Notes: generated by a model not told the origin, from the letters alone. 64,000 bases of DNA from Octopus vulgaris (GCA_951406725.2 OX597815.1:22506001-22570000), one strand, 5' to 3'. Positions 26,557 to 40,301 are shown, numbered from the stretch's first letter. Translations and numbers: made by a program.

Positions 26557-27061
26557 CTTATACATATGGCTCTCAGTGTATTATTGTTAATATACTTGTT
26601 CAAATATCAGCGATAAAAGGGTAAGGCGATTTGACTCAGAATGTAAAGACACTACACTAAATAGTGCAAGTCATTGTGTACGTTCTATTCTATTATTATT
26701 ATTATGATTAATAACGTCAACAGCAACAACAACAGCTTATTCAAAATATATTCACATTGTATTCTATTTTATTAGGGAATTCTAGTTGAGAAATGACTAA
26801 AAAAAAATTGTTTATTCGGTTTAGAAGTTATTTTTAGATCAGTTGTTAGCTTCTCTTTACCTATAACAGATTATAGCATATTTGTGGCAGCTCTTAGAAA
26901 TAGGTCTATAATTATGAGAATTGCTTCGATCACACCTACTGTGAAATAATAAGACTCGTGGGAAACTATATGAAGTATATACAAATGTAGATAAAAAGAC
27001 TGTTATAGACGCAATTCAGCATATATGTGTGTGTGTGTGTGTGTGTGCGCGTGCGCGCGGT

Positions 27062-27096
<35 letters not shown>

Positions 27097-27465
27097 CACT
27101 TACACACATACATGTTTATATGGATATAGATGGAAAACACCCGAATGGCTGAGCGTCTTATCACAGAAAGACTACGTTGCTATACTTGCTTAATTTTTCT
27201 GCTTTCAATGTTCAAATTCCAATATTGCCTTTCATACTTTTAGGTGGGTAAGTAAAACGATAACCCCAAAACCCATTTGCGAAAATTCATCCGTGATTGC
27301 CCTGTGATAGCTGTATTGCTCTCTCTCTCTCTCTCTTTCTCTTTCTCTGTCTCTGTCTCTCTCTCTCTCCCTCTCTCTCTCTCTCTGTATATATATATAT
27401 TTATATATATATGTATATATATATATATATATATTTATATGTATATGTATATATATATATATTCA

Positions 27466-27804
27466 TAGACGTCACTAAAGTGTCAGCGGGTACAGAGTGG
27501 TACCAGCATTGCTAGAAATTAGAAATTAGCCACAAAAGCAATATCTTAGTAAGTTGAAAAGAAGATAAAGTTCCCTACGGTCGCAGATATGGCCACACCG
27601 CGTGATTTTGAATTTTGATGCAGAGCATCTTAATTCTCATTAGTGGTTCTTACTGCGCCTAGGGTTATATCTACGACCATAGGGTACTTTGTCTCCCATG
27701 TCAATTTACTAAGATAGTGCTTTTGTGGTTAATGCGTCGTTTTAACTCTTATTTCTAACAATGCTGGTGTCACTTTGTACCCTCTGTCACTTTGGTGATG
27801 TCTA
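27466..27804. mobile_element. Fold-back / MITE-like element with long imperfect inverted arms
   Basis: The left end tagacgtcactaaagtgtcagcgggtacagagtggtaccagcattgctagaaat matches the reverse complement of the right end (tagacatcaccaaagtgacagagggtacaaagtgacaccagcattgttagaaat). Pairing continues for ~125 bp, and both ends carry TA. Confidence 0.8.
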
Positions 27805-27844
27805 CAAATTTGCCTTTGGGGTCTAAGTTGCTAATAAGCCACCC

Positions 27845-27885
<41 letters not shown>

Positions 27886-27999
27886 GCATACAACACACAA
27901 ACACACATATAAGCATGTCTTTGTTCATACGAAATCGGTTTCGCTGCATCTCACCAGAGGCAAGTATTTTGTTTACCCTGAGGCGAATTTTGCGGTCGA

Positions 28000-28530
28000 A
28001 AGGTAGCTGATGCTGGCTCTGTCCTGGAGGCTTATACAAAAGAGCTTCCTGGAATCAATCATTCACTTAAACGTCAGTGAGAGGCGTTTTGAACTTTTCT
28101 ACACTACACTTAGGCACATTGAAGAGATCATCCTCATGATAGTAGCCCCACATTGGAAATGACAGATTGTCACACTGCAACAGAATATTCGATATTTTCA
28201 TAACTCTGTCTCCATCTCTTTCAGATTTTACTAACATTAGTTTTAGCATTTTTAACTTCTTCAAACCATTTTCAAATCCCAAGCCTCTTTGGTTACCCTG
28301 CATACCACTGTTTTATATTTTTTTTATTTTCCTTCCCTTCATTGTCAATAAATTTTATGCTATGTTCAATATTTTTTGCGGCAATTCTAATACTTTCTTT
28401 GCCTACCACCACAATATACGTTATGTCTAATGATATACTTTCAGTTAACCCTGCTCACTAATTCCCACTAAAATTGACCTTCTGTCACCTGTACTCCATA
28501 ATTAAACAACAGAGCCATCTTGGAGCTGAA
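28000..28530 (-). pseudogene. Highly degraded CR1-like LINE ORF2 C-terminus
   Basis: GLGFENGLKKLKMLKL…ERDGDRVMKISNIL resembles the CR1-type L.YEERLK.L.L..L..RR.RGD.I..YKIL motif. Confidence 0.45.
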
Positions 28531-28691
28531 ATCGAACTACTCCTTTCACACATGGTATCGCTGAGTTTGCGGCGAGATATCAGCAACAATTTTCAGCACG
28601 GTGGTCGTATTTTTTTGATAGAATTATATACTAGTTTTCACACGCGTTTACTGGAAACGCAGAACATTCGACTGAATCTATACAGTAATTA

Positions 28692-28906
28692 TAGGTTCAA
28701 ATTTTGGCACAAAGCCAGCAGTTTCAAGGAGAGAGCAAGTCGATGAAATCTACCCCAGTGCTCAAATGGTACTTATTTTATCGACTCCCAAAAGATGGAA
28801 TGCTAAGATGACTCCGGCAGCATTCGATCTCACAAGGTAAAGACAGACGATATGCCGCCAGGCAATTCGCCCGGCGTGCTAACGATTCTGCCAGCTCGCC
28901 GCCTTC
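28692..28906 (-). mobile_element. Older SINE family B monomer (alternative tail)
   Basis: cgcccggcgtgctaacgattctgccagctcgccgcctt head; imperfect TSD ctata(c/t)agtaatta. Confidence 0.78.
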
Positions 28907-29640
28907 ATTCTATATAGTAATTAGGAAAAAATATTTATCACTATTTTCAAATTTTGAATGCTTGTGTCACTTGTTCAGCCATTTATACATGTGTTTGTGT
29001 GTATGTGCATGTGAACATATGTGCGTCTGTGGAGATATGTGCATGGATGTGTGTGCGTCTTTGTGTATATATTGTGCCTTTTATATATTGTAACTTAGCG
29101 ATTCGAAAATAAGGAAGCGATAGTACATGTAAATGACTAAAAGGAGTACTGGTGGCAATGTGTTCAACTAAATCTTTAAAGGCGATATCCCAGCGTGGCT
29201 GCATTTCAACAACAGAGGCAATAACATATTAAATTATTTTATGCGTACCTGTATATATATGAATGTAAGATTAACTGTTATGTATGTATGTATTATGTCT
29301 GTATGTAAGTATGTATCAGTTGGAATACAGATCATGGAAGTGTATTATGAGTCAGCAATATATTTACACTGTTCTCAAACTATTTTCCTTCGTATTTTTT
29401 TGTATTTTCAGTATTTCTCTAAAGAGGTAAAACGTGTTTTATACAATAATTTTTAATTTCTCTTCACGCACTATTCAGTTTTACAAATCTAGGAGTTGGC
29501 TTCAACCTTACACTTCAGCATTATAATAGTTTTATACTTTACAACTTTCAGCCTTGTGTGTGAAAGACGAATAGAAAGAGAGATTTATTGAGTGAGATAT
29601 AATGTATATTAATACATATATATATTTATGGGGAAAATGT

Positions 29641-29715
<75 letters not shown>

Positions 29716-29825
29716 GTCATTTTATTATATGTTTTTTACATGTGCTTGTGCACAATCACTCAAGCAGATATATATGTGTGTGTGTATGTGTGTGTGTGTA
29801 TAAACATATATACATATATATACAT

Positions 29826-29858
<33 letters not shown>

Positions 29859-29861
<3 letters not shown>

Positions 29862-30265
29862 GGGTTGGACAAAATAATGGAAACACCTAGCATCATAGCA
29901 TCATAATATTGAAATATCTATAAAATCATCAAAAGCTTGTTTGTTTTTATATTTTTTTATTTATTATTAATTTTACTTAACATGTTTTTTTTTTAAATTG
30001 CAGTCCCCAGGTCTTAATATTATCGAACATTTATGGAGCATTTTAGAAAAACAAGGAGCCGATATCCTCCACCATATCACTACAAGAACTGGAGATTGTT
30101 TTAGCTGAAGAATGAAAAAAATTCCTTTGGGAACAATTCAATCTTTGTACGAATCTATACCTCGTAGAATTCAAGCTGTAATTACGGCCAAAGGCGATCC
30201 TACCCCATATTAAAATAAATTTATTTGAAATTTTAAGATGTTTCCATTATTTTGTCCAACCTCTG
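29859..30265 (+). mobile_element. Non-autonomous Tc1-family deletion derivative (both TIRs plus transposase C-terminus)
   Basis: TIR CAG(G/A)GGTTGGACAAAATAATGGAAACA at both ends, flanked by TA. Internal QSPGLNIIEHLWSILEKQ…SLYESIPRRIQAVITAKGDPTPY* matches the Tc1 SPDLNPIE.LW motif. Confidence 0.92.
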
Positions 30266-30795
30266 TATATATATGTGGATGTATATATGTCTATATTTCT
30301 ATACCGTACTGTAGAATAACCCGATAGGTTGTTTTTATCCAGTAGTGTGTTAAGAAGATTATAAACAATTCGCTTATGCAATATGTGTGGATAGAAAAAG
30401 TGAGGGAACAGCTTGATACATATTTGTATTCTTGTTAAAATCATCATCAGCATCTGTGTACCATTCCCACATATCCACGGACCTATAGCTTACAAAGCGA
30501 CTAACATTAAGGGTTGATATGAATTGGGTAACTAGGCACTATTGTGTTAACTTGTTGGTTTCATTACTATAACGTATTATAGAACATATCTACAAAAACA
30601 TATAGATATCTTCTACAATAATTTAGGGCAATGAAACAGAATATTCTTAACACACCAATAGTTTAATATATATCTATAATATTTTGTTATATGATATTAC
30701 ATTGTATATATTTATATGATATACACACAATATTGAGTAGGTATATGTATGTATATATATATATATATATATATGCTATATATATATATATATAT

Positions 30796-31270
30796 TCTAG
30801 TTTCAGCTCGGGACCTGGGGCCATGCCGGTAGACCGCCATTATCTTTGCTACGCTTTCACTGCTTGATTGCGTCTTCTCCCGTGAGATAGGTTGATCCGG
30901 CGCTCTTGACAAGAGGCGATCCAACTTAATTTTGAAGACATCTTGATTCACCCCATATAGGTGTCTCATGCTTTGGTGGGGGATATTGAAGAGTTGTAGG
31001 CCCTTGAAACCTAAGCTGTTGCAGTATCTGGTCCTGTATCCTGATAGTAATGTTGAGATCTTTGGCTCTTTGCAGTGGCACCCCTTTCTACTGTTTGCGC
31101 AACATTCGATTCTAAAATTTGATACAACTCCTTCCCGGATTTTTTTAGATGTATAACACTGCGTATCTTTCCCGTCTTCGTTCTGGGGAGTAGAGTGATA
31201 ACTTTTCTGCCTCTCCAAGTAGCTGACATATCACGTTGAGACAATCGCAGGATTGCCTCGAGTTCCGCCG
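30796..31270 (-). mobile_element. 3' end of a CR1/L2-group LINE
   Basis: RTRYCNSLGFKGLQLFNIP…LYGVNQDVFKIKLDRLLSRAPDQP is typical of this LINE group's ORF2 end. Confidence 0.75.
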
Positions 31271-32223
31271 TTAATTTTACACTGTGCTATGGCCATATTA
31301 GAAAGCAGTAGTCTAAACACGCTCCACTAAAATGATAGACAGGCTTGCTACTAACAGATAGCCATGATGGAATGGATTAGAATAACATAGTCACATTTAG
31401 TAAAAATTTCCTACAAACAATATCAAAGCTCCCCACGAAAATTGTATTTCAACCGAGCTCCTCAGAAAGTATGACTATATTCCCTTCAACGAAGTTCGAA
31501 ATGTCTTCACGATATACATAGATTCACACTAAATACACATGCAACACACATAAATAGCTTTGTGTTATGTACATTAGTATATATTGATTAGTATCATCAC
31601 TTGGTATTTATACTAAATGTGTTAAGATGATCCGCCGTCAGCAGATGAATATAATTGAAACATTATATAAAAGCAAATTACTCAGCGATGCCTGAAATAT
31701 TCTTTTAAACTTTGTAATGGTTGATCGCCTTAAAAAGGGATTATTTTTGTGTATTTATATCTGCTGATTCTAATTAATATCTATATTATAGTCGACAATA
31801 GAGGAATTAAGTATTATACATGGAATAGAAAAATTTAGATTTTGTATTTCCATATTTCAAAACATTCTTATGCATCATATGTCAATAACAAAGCATGTTG
31901 ATATTTGAACTCTAAGAAAACACTTTCAGGTCGATTGTATTTTGGCTGCGGCCCAATTCTTATTTTTAGCTTCTATCAATAATTGTGAGATTCTTCTATC
32001 ACATAGTGAACTTTATTAGTAGCAGTGTTTCATCAAAAGTGAAAGAAAACGGAGGTTGTTTTGCTAGGCATGCCAGATAGCAGGAAGGGTGCTCATATTA
32101 TATGTTCCCTTTGATGAGGGCATGATAAGAGTGCCTTGTTTTTGTCCTGATATTCGGACTACATTCTCTCTTTTTCTCTCTTTCTCATCCTCTCTCGCTC
32201 TCTCTCTCTTTCTCTCCCTCTCT

Positions 32224-32301
<78 letters not shown>

Positions 32302-33057
32302 TAGAGATTCATATGTTTACATGCGCACATGTATCTGTGCAAATACATATTAGAATGTTGCAGGCATACATTTCTTATAGTCAGGATTTGTTTTCACCTA
32401 TCTACTCATCAGAACAGCTCTCTAGTCATCTTCCCGGTTAAGCACACATACACACACAGACACACATTCACACACACATGGATATATCCTTCATATCCTT
32501 CTTCACTGATACGTATCTAATAAAAATGTTGGATGGTAAACCGAAAACTTGGGCAATCACACTGCGTCACTGAAACTTCTAAAACAAAAACTCGGTGTAA
32601 AAAAATCCACTGAATGAGGCCTTCTGAAAACCTGCAACCGTGTTTACTATAGAGCACTAGTTCTTATATAAAGTAAAATAATCTCTCTTTGTATATGAAA
32701 TACTCCTCTAATACAATTAAATTCACTACCTACCACTTACCGCAATATGCATAATCTCGACCGTATTTCAACAAAGAAATAGCTCTTTTAACACGAGATG
32801 TATGTATATATACATATATATATGTGTGTGTGTGTACATGTATATATGTATGTACGAATCATGTAGAATTCAGTGAAAGCGTTTGGTACGAACAGTTCTA
32901 TTATGTTCAAGTATGTAGTTACATAATTTCTCTTCGTCTGTTCTAATATATTAAATCGCATAGCTTTTAATCATGCAGATTAGAATGATCTTTCATGCAA
33001 GATATTCATTTCATGAAAGGGAGTTGGCTTCTCGCCGTGCGTGTGTGCGTGTGTGCG

Positions 33058-33093
<36 letters not shown>

Positions 33094-33231
33094 GTGCGTG
33101 TGTGTGTGTACATGTATATTTTTTAACTACACAGCCATGTCGCTGCCCAGCATTTTGTTTCTCTTGAATATCCGGGATTATTTTGATAGTCATTTACACA
33201 GAACTGAAGACCAGCTCATCATTTTTTTTTT

Positions 33232-33529
33232 GTGACGTATATTTGCCATTTAAATATGGCTAACCTCTAAGGGTGGATGCTACTATAGTTTGTAGCCTCA
33301 GGAGGACACCTCCTCCAGCTGGCTATAGACACACTTTCTGTGCCCTATCAGTATTTGCAAAGGGAAGCCATAAGTTGAAGACGGGAAGGATGGCTTCCCT
33401 TTGCAAATACTGATAGGGCACAGAAAGTGTGTCTATAGCCATCTGGAGGAGGTGTCCCCCTGGGGCTACAAACTGCAGTAGCATCCACCCTTAGGGGTTA
33501 GCCATATTTAAATGGCAAATATACGTCAC
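33232..33529. repeat. Near-perfect 298-bp palindrome (140-bp arms, 18-nt loop)
   Basis: 33232-33371 is the reverse complement of 33390-33529 with about 6 mismatches by eye; loop aagttgaagacgggaagg. Confidence 0.95.
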
Positions 33530-33747
33530 GATGTGTTGTAGCTACTGTTTAGCACTCGCTCTGAGATTTATTATTGCTAATTTTTTGTTTGTTTGTCCGT
33601 TAAATACCCCATTATCCTTAAGAGAAGACAGGTTAGATAAAGCCACTGGGCATTGTAGTTTTGTATGTGAATCCAGCTGACATACAAACCCCACTAACCA
33701 AGTGTAAGGTCTTTTGAACCGTAAGAAAATTCCGAATTTTCAAGATG

Positions 33748-34079
33748 AAGAAGAAGAAGAAGAAGAAGAAGAAGAAGAAGAAGAAGAAGAAGAAGAAGAA
33801 GAAGAAGAAGAAGAAGAAGAAGAAGAAGAAGAGGAGGAGGAGGAGGAGGAGGAGGAGGAGGAGGAAGAAGAAGAGGAGGAGGAGGAAGAAGAAGAAGAAG
33901 AGGAGGAGGAAGAAGAAGAAGAAGAAGAAGAAGAAGAAGAAGAAGAAGAAGAAGAAGAAGAAGAAGAAGAAGAAGAAGAAGAAGAAGAAGAAGAAGAAGA
34001 AGAAGAAGAAGAAGAAGAAGAAGAAGAAGAAGAAGAAGAAGAAGAAGAAGAAGAAGAAGAAGAAGAAGAAGAAGAAGAA
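33748..34079. repeat. ~330-bp (GAA)n/(GAG)n polypurine microsatellite
   Basis: Direct inspection; source of the poly-E, poly-K and poly-L ORFs. Confidence 0.97.
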
Positions 34080-34470
34080 ACAGCAACAGAAGCAGCAATA
34101 TCAACATTAACAACGATGACTTGAAACGAAAAATGAAAATTTGAAGGTGGCCCCCGAGGAATAGATAATCCTTCAGTATTTGAACCATTGACAGTATCAA
34201 CAACAACGATAATACTTCATTTTGATTTCACCCATCTTTACTGCATTTCGTGATCCATAGCTTAAAACTTCGAAATCTTCCTAGCTCAATGTTGCTATTA
34301 GCCTAACAACGATAAAACGCCTCCAGAAAGCATTTATGGTATTTATCCTGTCCGCCAAAGAATAAAAGGATAAATATATAAATAGACCATTTCTTAATAG
34401 TTTGCAGGGTAATACAAAATCAAAATAGTCTTCGATGTTTTCGAGGCACCTTATATAAATAGCCTGACAT

Positions 34471-34512
<42 letters not shown>

Positions 34513-34586
34513 CACATGTTACGCATAGAGAAAGAAGCAAGGAGAGAAATGCAATTTTTCTAAAGAATTGAGACAAGTATTCGTAC

Positions 34587-34742
34587 CCGTTGCTTTTTAT
34601 TGAGACGATGATTCACTGCAGCCGTGAGCTTAGAAAATCTGATTCCAAAGACCTCGATGGAATGTTACCAGAGACATCTGATAGTTTTAGCAGAGACATG
34701 CTCTTTAACAGGGTACGAGATATCTTGACACAAATCTTTATT
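34587..34742 (-). other. Candidate non-coding exon
   Basis: Minus-strand acceptor cttcttatattctttgttgttgtttctgatag| and donor CGG|GTACGA bracket 156 nt of unique sequence with stops in all three frames. Confidence 0.22.
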
Positions 34743-34961
34743 CTATCAGAAACAACAACAAAGAATATAAGAAGAGTAGGTTAACGAAAATAAAATTCAA
34801 AACAAAACCCAGCACTCTTTATTTGTTCGTGTACATGTGTTGAGGTCACAAACAACATATTTGTCCATACACACGTGTAATGTCATATGCCAGGTACACT
34901 CACATATACGAATGCATACACACGCGTACATAAATATTTCAGCGCATACAAACATATATAT

Positions 34962-35130
34962 GTAAATCAAAAATAAAAATAAAACAAGAAAAACAAAGGA
35001 CCATACATAGTGAATGTATTAGACTAACGCCTAGAGAAACAAGATGGGGCGTGACGTTTCGAGCATCACTTCAGAAAGAGGCAAAAGGAAAATGTCCGGA
35101 GAGAAGGAAAAGAACAGTCCAAGAAATGTA
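34962..35130 (-). mobile_element. Penelope-like terminal-repeat family D copy (hammerhead partly deleted)
   Basis: Homologous to 60542-60770; minus strand has …ctgaagtgatgctcgaaacgtcac. Confidence 0.65.
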
Positions 35131-35237
35131 TGTGTGTCATGTCTATGTGTGTGTGCGCGTATGCGTGTGTGTATGTGTGCGTGATGTGTGTGTGTCTATG
35201 TGTGCGTGCCTGCGTGTGAGTAAGTGAGTGAGTGAGC

Positions 35238-35288
<51 letters not shown>

Positions 35289-35297
35289 TGTGAGGAC

Positions 35298-35506
35298 ACA
35301 TGGCTCCGTGGCTAGGGTGTTGCAGTCACGATAGCGAAACCCCGGTTTCAATTCGTTGTGTATTTGAGCAAAACACTCCACCTCGCGGCACACTGTGCAC
35401 ATGTCCGGGCATCGTCGATTTAATGGCGGAAGTTAGCTAATGTACAGCACGTTAATCTGATCACTATAAACAAATCATTTGTGCAAGTCATATTCGACGG
35501 GAGAGT

Positions 35507-35511
<5 letters not shown>
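35298..35511 (+). mobile_element. Degraded tRNA-headed SINE
   Basis: catggctccgtggctagggtg…ggtttcaattc…gttgtgtatttgagcaaaacac resembles the family A head. Confidence 0.45.
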
Positions 35512-35604
<93 letters not shown>

Positions 35605-35901
35605 TGTATGTATGTATGTATGTATGTATGTATGTATGTATGTATGTTTGTATGTATGTCTGTATGTATATGTATGTACGTATGTATGTGGACATGTATG
35701 TATGTACGTACGTATGTGTGTATGTATGTGTGTATGTATGTATGTATGTATGTATGTATGTATGTATGTACACATGTATGTGTGTATATGAATGTGTCGC
35801 CCACGTTTTCAGAGTGATAATGAAATATAAATGTAAATATACAAATAATGAAGAAAAAACGTATTTGTTACACATGCGTATATATTCATATGTACATGAG
35901 G

Positions 35902-35950
<49 letters not shown>

Positions 35951-35951
<1 letters not shown>

Positions 35952-37215
35952 GAGCAGTGTTCATTTAAGATTTCCCCTTGCCCACTTCCCAACGACTGGG
36001 ATAAATGAAACTTGATGTAATTATTAGTCCTTCTCTACATAGCCACCACCAATGATGACATACTTCTCTCATTGCTTTATACAGCTGTGAAGACTTCTTT
36101 CTGTAGAAGTCATTAGGTTGCGTCTGGAGACAAGACTTTACATCGGAAATAAGTTCACCATCCGAAAAGTGCTTCCCCTTCAAAAAGACTCAATAGTTGG
36201 AAAGAGGTGGAAGTCAGATGGTGCAAGGTCAGGAGAGTAAGGGGGTTGACGAAGGATTTCATGGCACAGGAGTGTGTTTTCATCTGAGCAACATGCGCCT
36301 TGTGAACTGGGGCGTTGTCTTGGAGGAGGCGGACTTCTTTGGTCAGTATGCCACGCTTCTCTGCTTTGATGGTGTCCCACAACTTCTGCAGCAGAAATGC
36401 ATAATATGCCCCCTTAATTGTAGTGCCCTTTACCAGAAAATCCATCATCAATACTCCATGCAAGTCCCAAAAGACTGTGAACATCACCTTACTTGTTAAG
36501 GATTGGACACGAACCTTCTTTGGAGGTGGTGAGTTACCATGCTTCCATTGCTTCGACTGAACTTTAGTTTCAGGATCACAGCTTCCTCCTGTGCGATAAG
36601 TCTGCCAAAAATGTCTTCATTATTTTCTTGGCGTATTACCAAAAGAGCCCGGGAGCAACTGACTCGTTCTTGCTTCTGAAAAGGTGTGAGCATCCCTGAG
36701 GAATCCGTTGTGAAGACAACTTCCGCATGTGCAAATGGTCGTGAAGGATTTTTTCCATAGACCCTACACTTATCTTCACTTGGGCTAGTTGCCGAACAGT
36801 TATGCGGCGATCCTTCAAAATGGCGCTTTTATTTAACGGTGGTGTCGTCATCAATGGCGAAATCTAGTCGTCCGGGAATAGGAACAGTTTCCATCGATGT
36901 CCGACCACATTTGAGCTGGCAATACCAGTGCTTGACTACGTTTATGATGGTGCATCGTCACCATAAACTTTTTTTCATCTCATCGAAAGTCTCTTTTGGT
37001 GTACAACCTTTCAAGTATAGGAGCTGAACACTGATCTGCATTCAACTTCCTCCATTATAACACCTTTGTCCACTTCAGCAGCCATAAAAGACAAACGAAT
37101 ACTAGTGGAAAATTGCAATTTATAATGTGACATATAGAGACATGTATGATTATACCGGTACAAGTTCCGTTATCCGGAAGTAGGTCAGGGGGAAATCTTT
37201 AATGAATGCCTCTCG
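35951..37215 (-). mobile_element. Full-length (1265 bp) mariner (DD34D) transposon with frameshifted transposase
   Basis: Imperfect ~38-bp TIRs (tgagcagtgttcatttaagatttcccc… / cgagaggcattcattaaagatttcccc…) flanked by TA. Peptides DRRITVRQLA…LHMRKLS, MFTVFWD, LLQDNAPVH and PPYSPDLAPSDFHLF are spread over several frames. Confidence 0.93.
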
Positions 37216-38330
37216 TATATTAACCAAAGTGTACAGTATCAATCCATTACGTCCGATCTTACCAGTCGAATTCTCACCGGGTATTAAACCGAATGTTAGA
37301 TAACAGCACGGATACGTAAATCCACATGCTCGTCACATCTAGCAGGAATGGAAAACTATATGGCGACTATTCTTTGTTATGGATGTGAAAGCCCACATCC
37401 AGTTTGTTGGTGCTGTGAAGTAAAACAAAACGAACTGTCCATGTCTCTGAGATGTAGGTTTACACGAGTTCTCTGAAAATACATGTATAAGTTGTGGATA
37501 TGTGTGATATGTGTAGATTTTTGTGGAGGATGGGAGAACTGGACGGATGCCCGAACGCTTCAGCGCATGTGTCTGTGTGTTTGTTTGAGTGCAAGGCTAA
37601 GAAAATACGAAAAATTTAAAACAAAAAATAAAACTTGATACCGTCGTGTACTAAATGGAACATATACATTTGTCTGTGTTTGTGTGTGTATATACTGACA
37701 ACTGTGTTCCACTACCTTTTTTAGTACGGATATAATTATTTGAGATGAGAACACCAATTTCCTGCGACCATTATTAATAAGTTTTTCACTCCCAAGACTT
37801 CACGGTATACATTTCTTAAGTCACTAGTAATACATCATAAAAGCAGAGACACTCTCTCGATACCTAACAATAATAATATAAAGTGTTTAAAATTAAATCT
37901 AACACCACGTTCTAACCCCCAATGTACACTTTCTTTAAAAAGGAAGCTAATAGATAACATAGCGTTCCAATATGGAAGCGAAAAAGGTAAATATATGCTC
38001 TTGACAGAGAGAATCTGGTTGTAGGGGTGGGGAAGGGCATTGGTTTGGAGATTAGGGTGTGGCTTTCATTTCCGTCTTAAATATTTACGCCTTCATCTTA
38101 CAGTTGTGTCTCAGGAATGTTTTCCACTTGATAACATGCTTTTACTGAATAAAGAAAGGAATGTCGTAATGATCTAATACCGAAAAAGCTACTAAGGCAA
38201 GAGCAGTCTTCTAGGAACTTATCCAGGATTACTTTTACGTGACCTTTTTTAATCCGGCAAAATGATTGTCCCGGCACGGGATTAGAGCCAAGGAGGCTGA
38301 AAAACTAGTGATGTACCTATACATATATAC

Positions 38331-38415
<85 letters not shown>

Positions 38416-38469
38416 GTGTGTGTGAGTATGCGCATGTGTTCATGCATATATGTGTGTACATGTGTGTGA

Positions 38470-38519
<50 letters not shown>

Positions 38520-38680
38520 TTATTTAAAAATTAAGGATAAAATCTTTATAAGAAATTATCAGTAGTTAGAGTGAAAAACCTCGTAAGAGAAAAAATCCGT
38601 AATTTTTTAATTTTAGTAGTTTTAACTGCAAGAGTCCCTCCTAGCGTGCGGTACCTATGAATAATAGTACCCTCTATATA

Positions 38681-39027
<347 letters not shown>

Positions 39028-39439
39028 GATGACCCTGGTAATTTTCCGCTGCCATTACAATATCGTCACTACATATGCTGTACATTATTGTGCACTTACG
39101 TAGTCAATCCGTTATCTCTAGTCTGGCAACTAGCGGGTGGGGGAACTATGCTTTTCTGAAGAGTATTAATACAAGCAAAACATATTTGCTGTTCTCACTG
39201 CACCTGTCAAAGATCAAATAATTAATATTAGCGCCTCACCTAATATCACTTATCTTCACTATATACATAATTTCAATTTTGATTAAGATTTTGGAATTTG
39301 TCACCTCAACCGGCCTAGAGTTAACGTTTTGTTTTGCTCATCACAGTAGGAGTGATTGTGATTAATTGAAATTTGTTTGCTCACTACATCAAGTATGGCA
39401 TAACTGTGTGTGTGTGCGTGTATCTGTGTGTGTAGATAG

Positions 39440-39585
39440 TCTCGATCATAGATGAGTGCTTCCATGTCCATTGCACAGGTGCGTGAAGGCTTCCCTCTGT
39501 TCGAATAATTTGTTTCCTAATATAAATGTTTTGACGTTGGTTTTGGTGGCCTTGAGGAAAATTGACGCTTTCTTCTTGAACTATG
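39440..39585 (-). pseudogene. Possible small LINE reverse-transcriptase fragment
   Basis: One minus frame reads IFLKATKTNVKTFILGNKLFEQREAFTHLC, similar to the KTK…E.V..F.YLG segment of RTE/CR1 RTs. Confidence 0.3.
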
Positions 39586-40250
39586 CATGTGTCCGCGTCT
39601 ATGTGAGTATACATCTATAAAAATAAACTATATACACACATACAAACACACACGTACGCACATTTATACAGGCCTATGCGAGTATGTATGTGTGTGTACA
39701 GACATCTATACAAATATGAGTATGTCTGTGTGCGTGCCACAAATCTACCGTAACTTACTAGCTAATATCTAATCAAATATATCCAGTAAACCTATATATT
39801 TCTCATGTACCGAGGTTAATGATAAACCTTCATCTAGATCCAATTAAATATAAGCTAATTATTAATTATGTTAATTAGTAATACCTTAGATCTCAGTCAG
39901 AACTTGACAACCATGAGTTACAGTTGTACGATCGACTACCTGAACTACTAAAACACTGATTTAGCGTGTAAGAAGATGAATATCCCGTAGGTACGTGTAC
40001 CCAGAGAATAATTAGAAGGAGAAATCAGCTTTACAATGTGGACCTTTGAATTACTGATCACAACCTGACATACATAAAAGACTCTAAACGAAGTTTACAC
40101 TTTTGTTAGAGAAGAAAACTAAAGCTTTGCCGCGTATGTGTGAGTCTCAAAGAAAGGGCGAAATAAAGAGTTATTTTTATAGAATTCCTGCAATGCCTCA
40201 GTACCAATCTGAATCATTTAAATACATGCCTATATATTTATATATATGTA

Positions 40251-40301
<51 letters not shown>

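Noticed and set aside
33694-34206. Poly-E, poly-K and poly-L ORFs
   Set aside because: These come from the (GAA)n microsatellite, which is open in several frames and has no flanking coding context.
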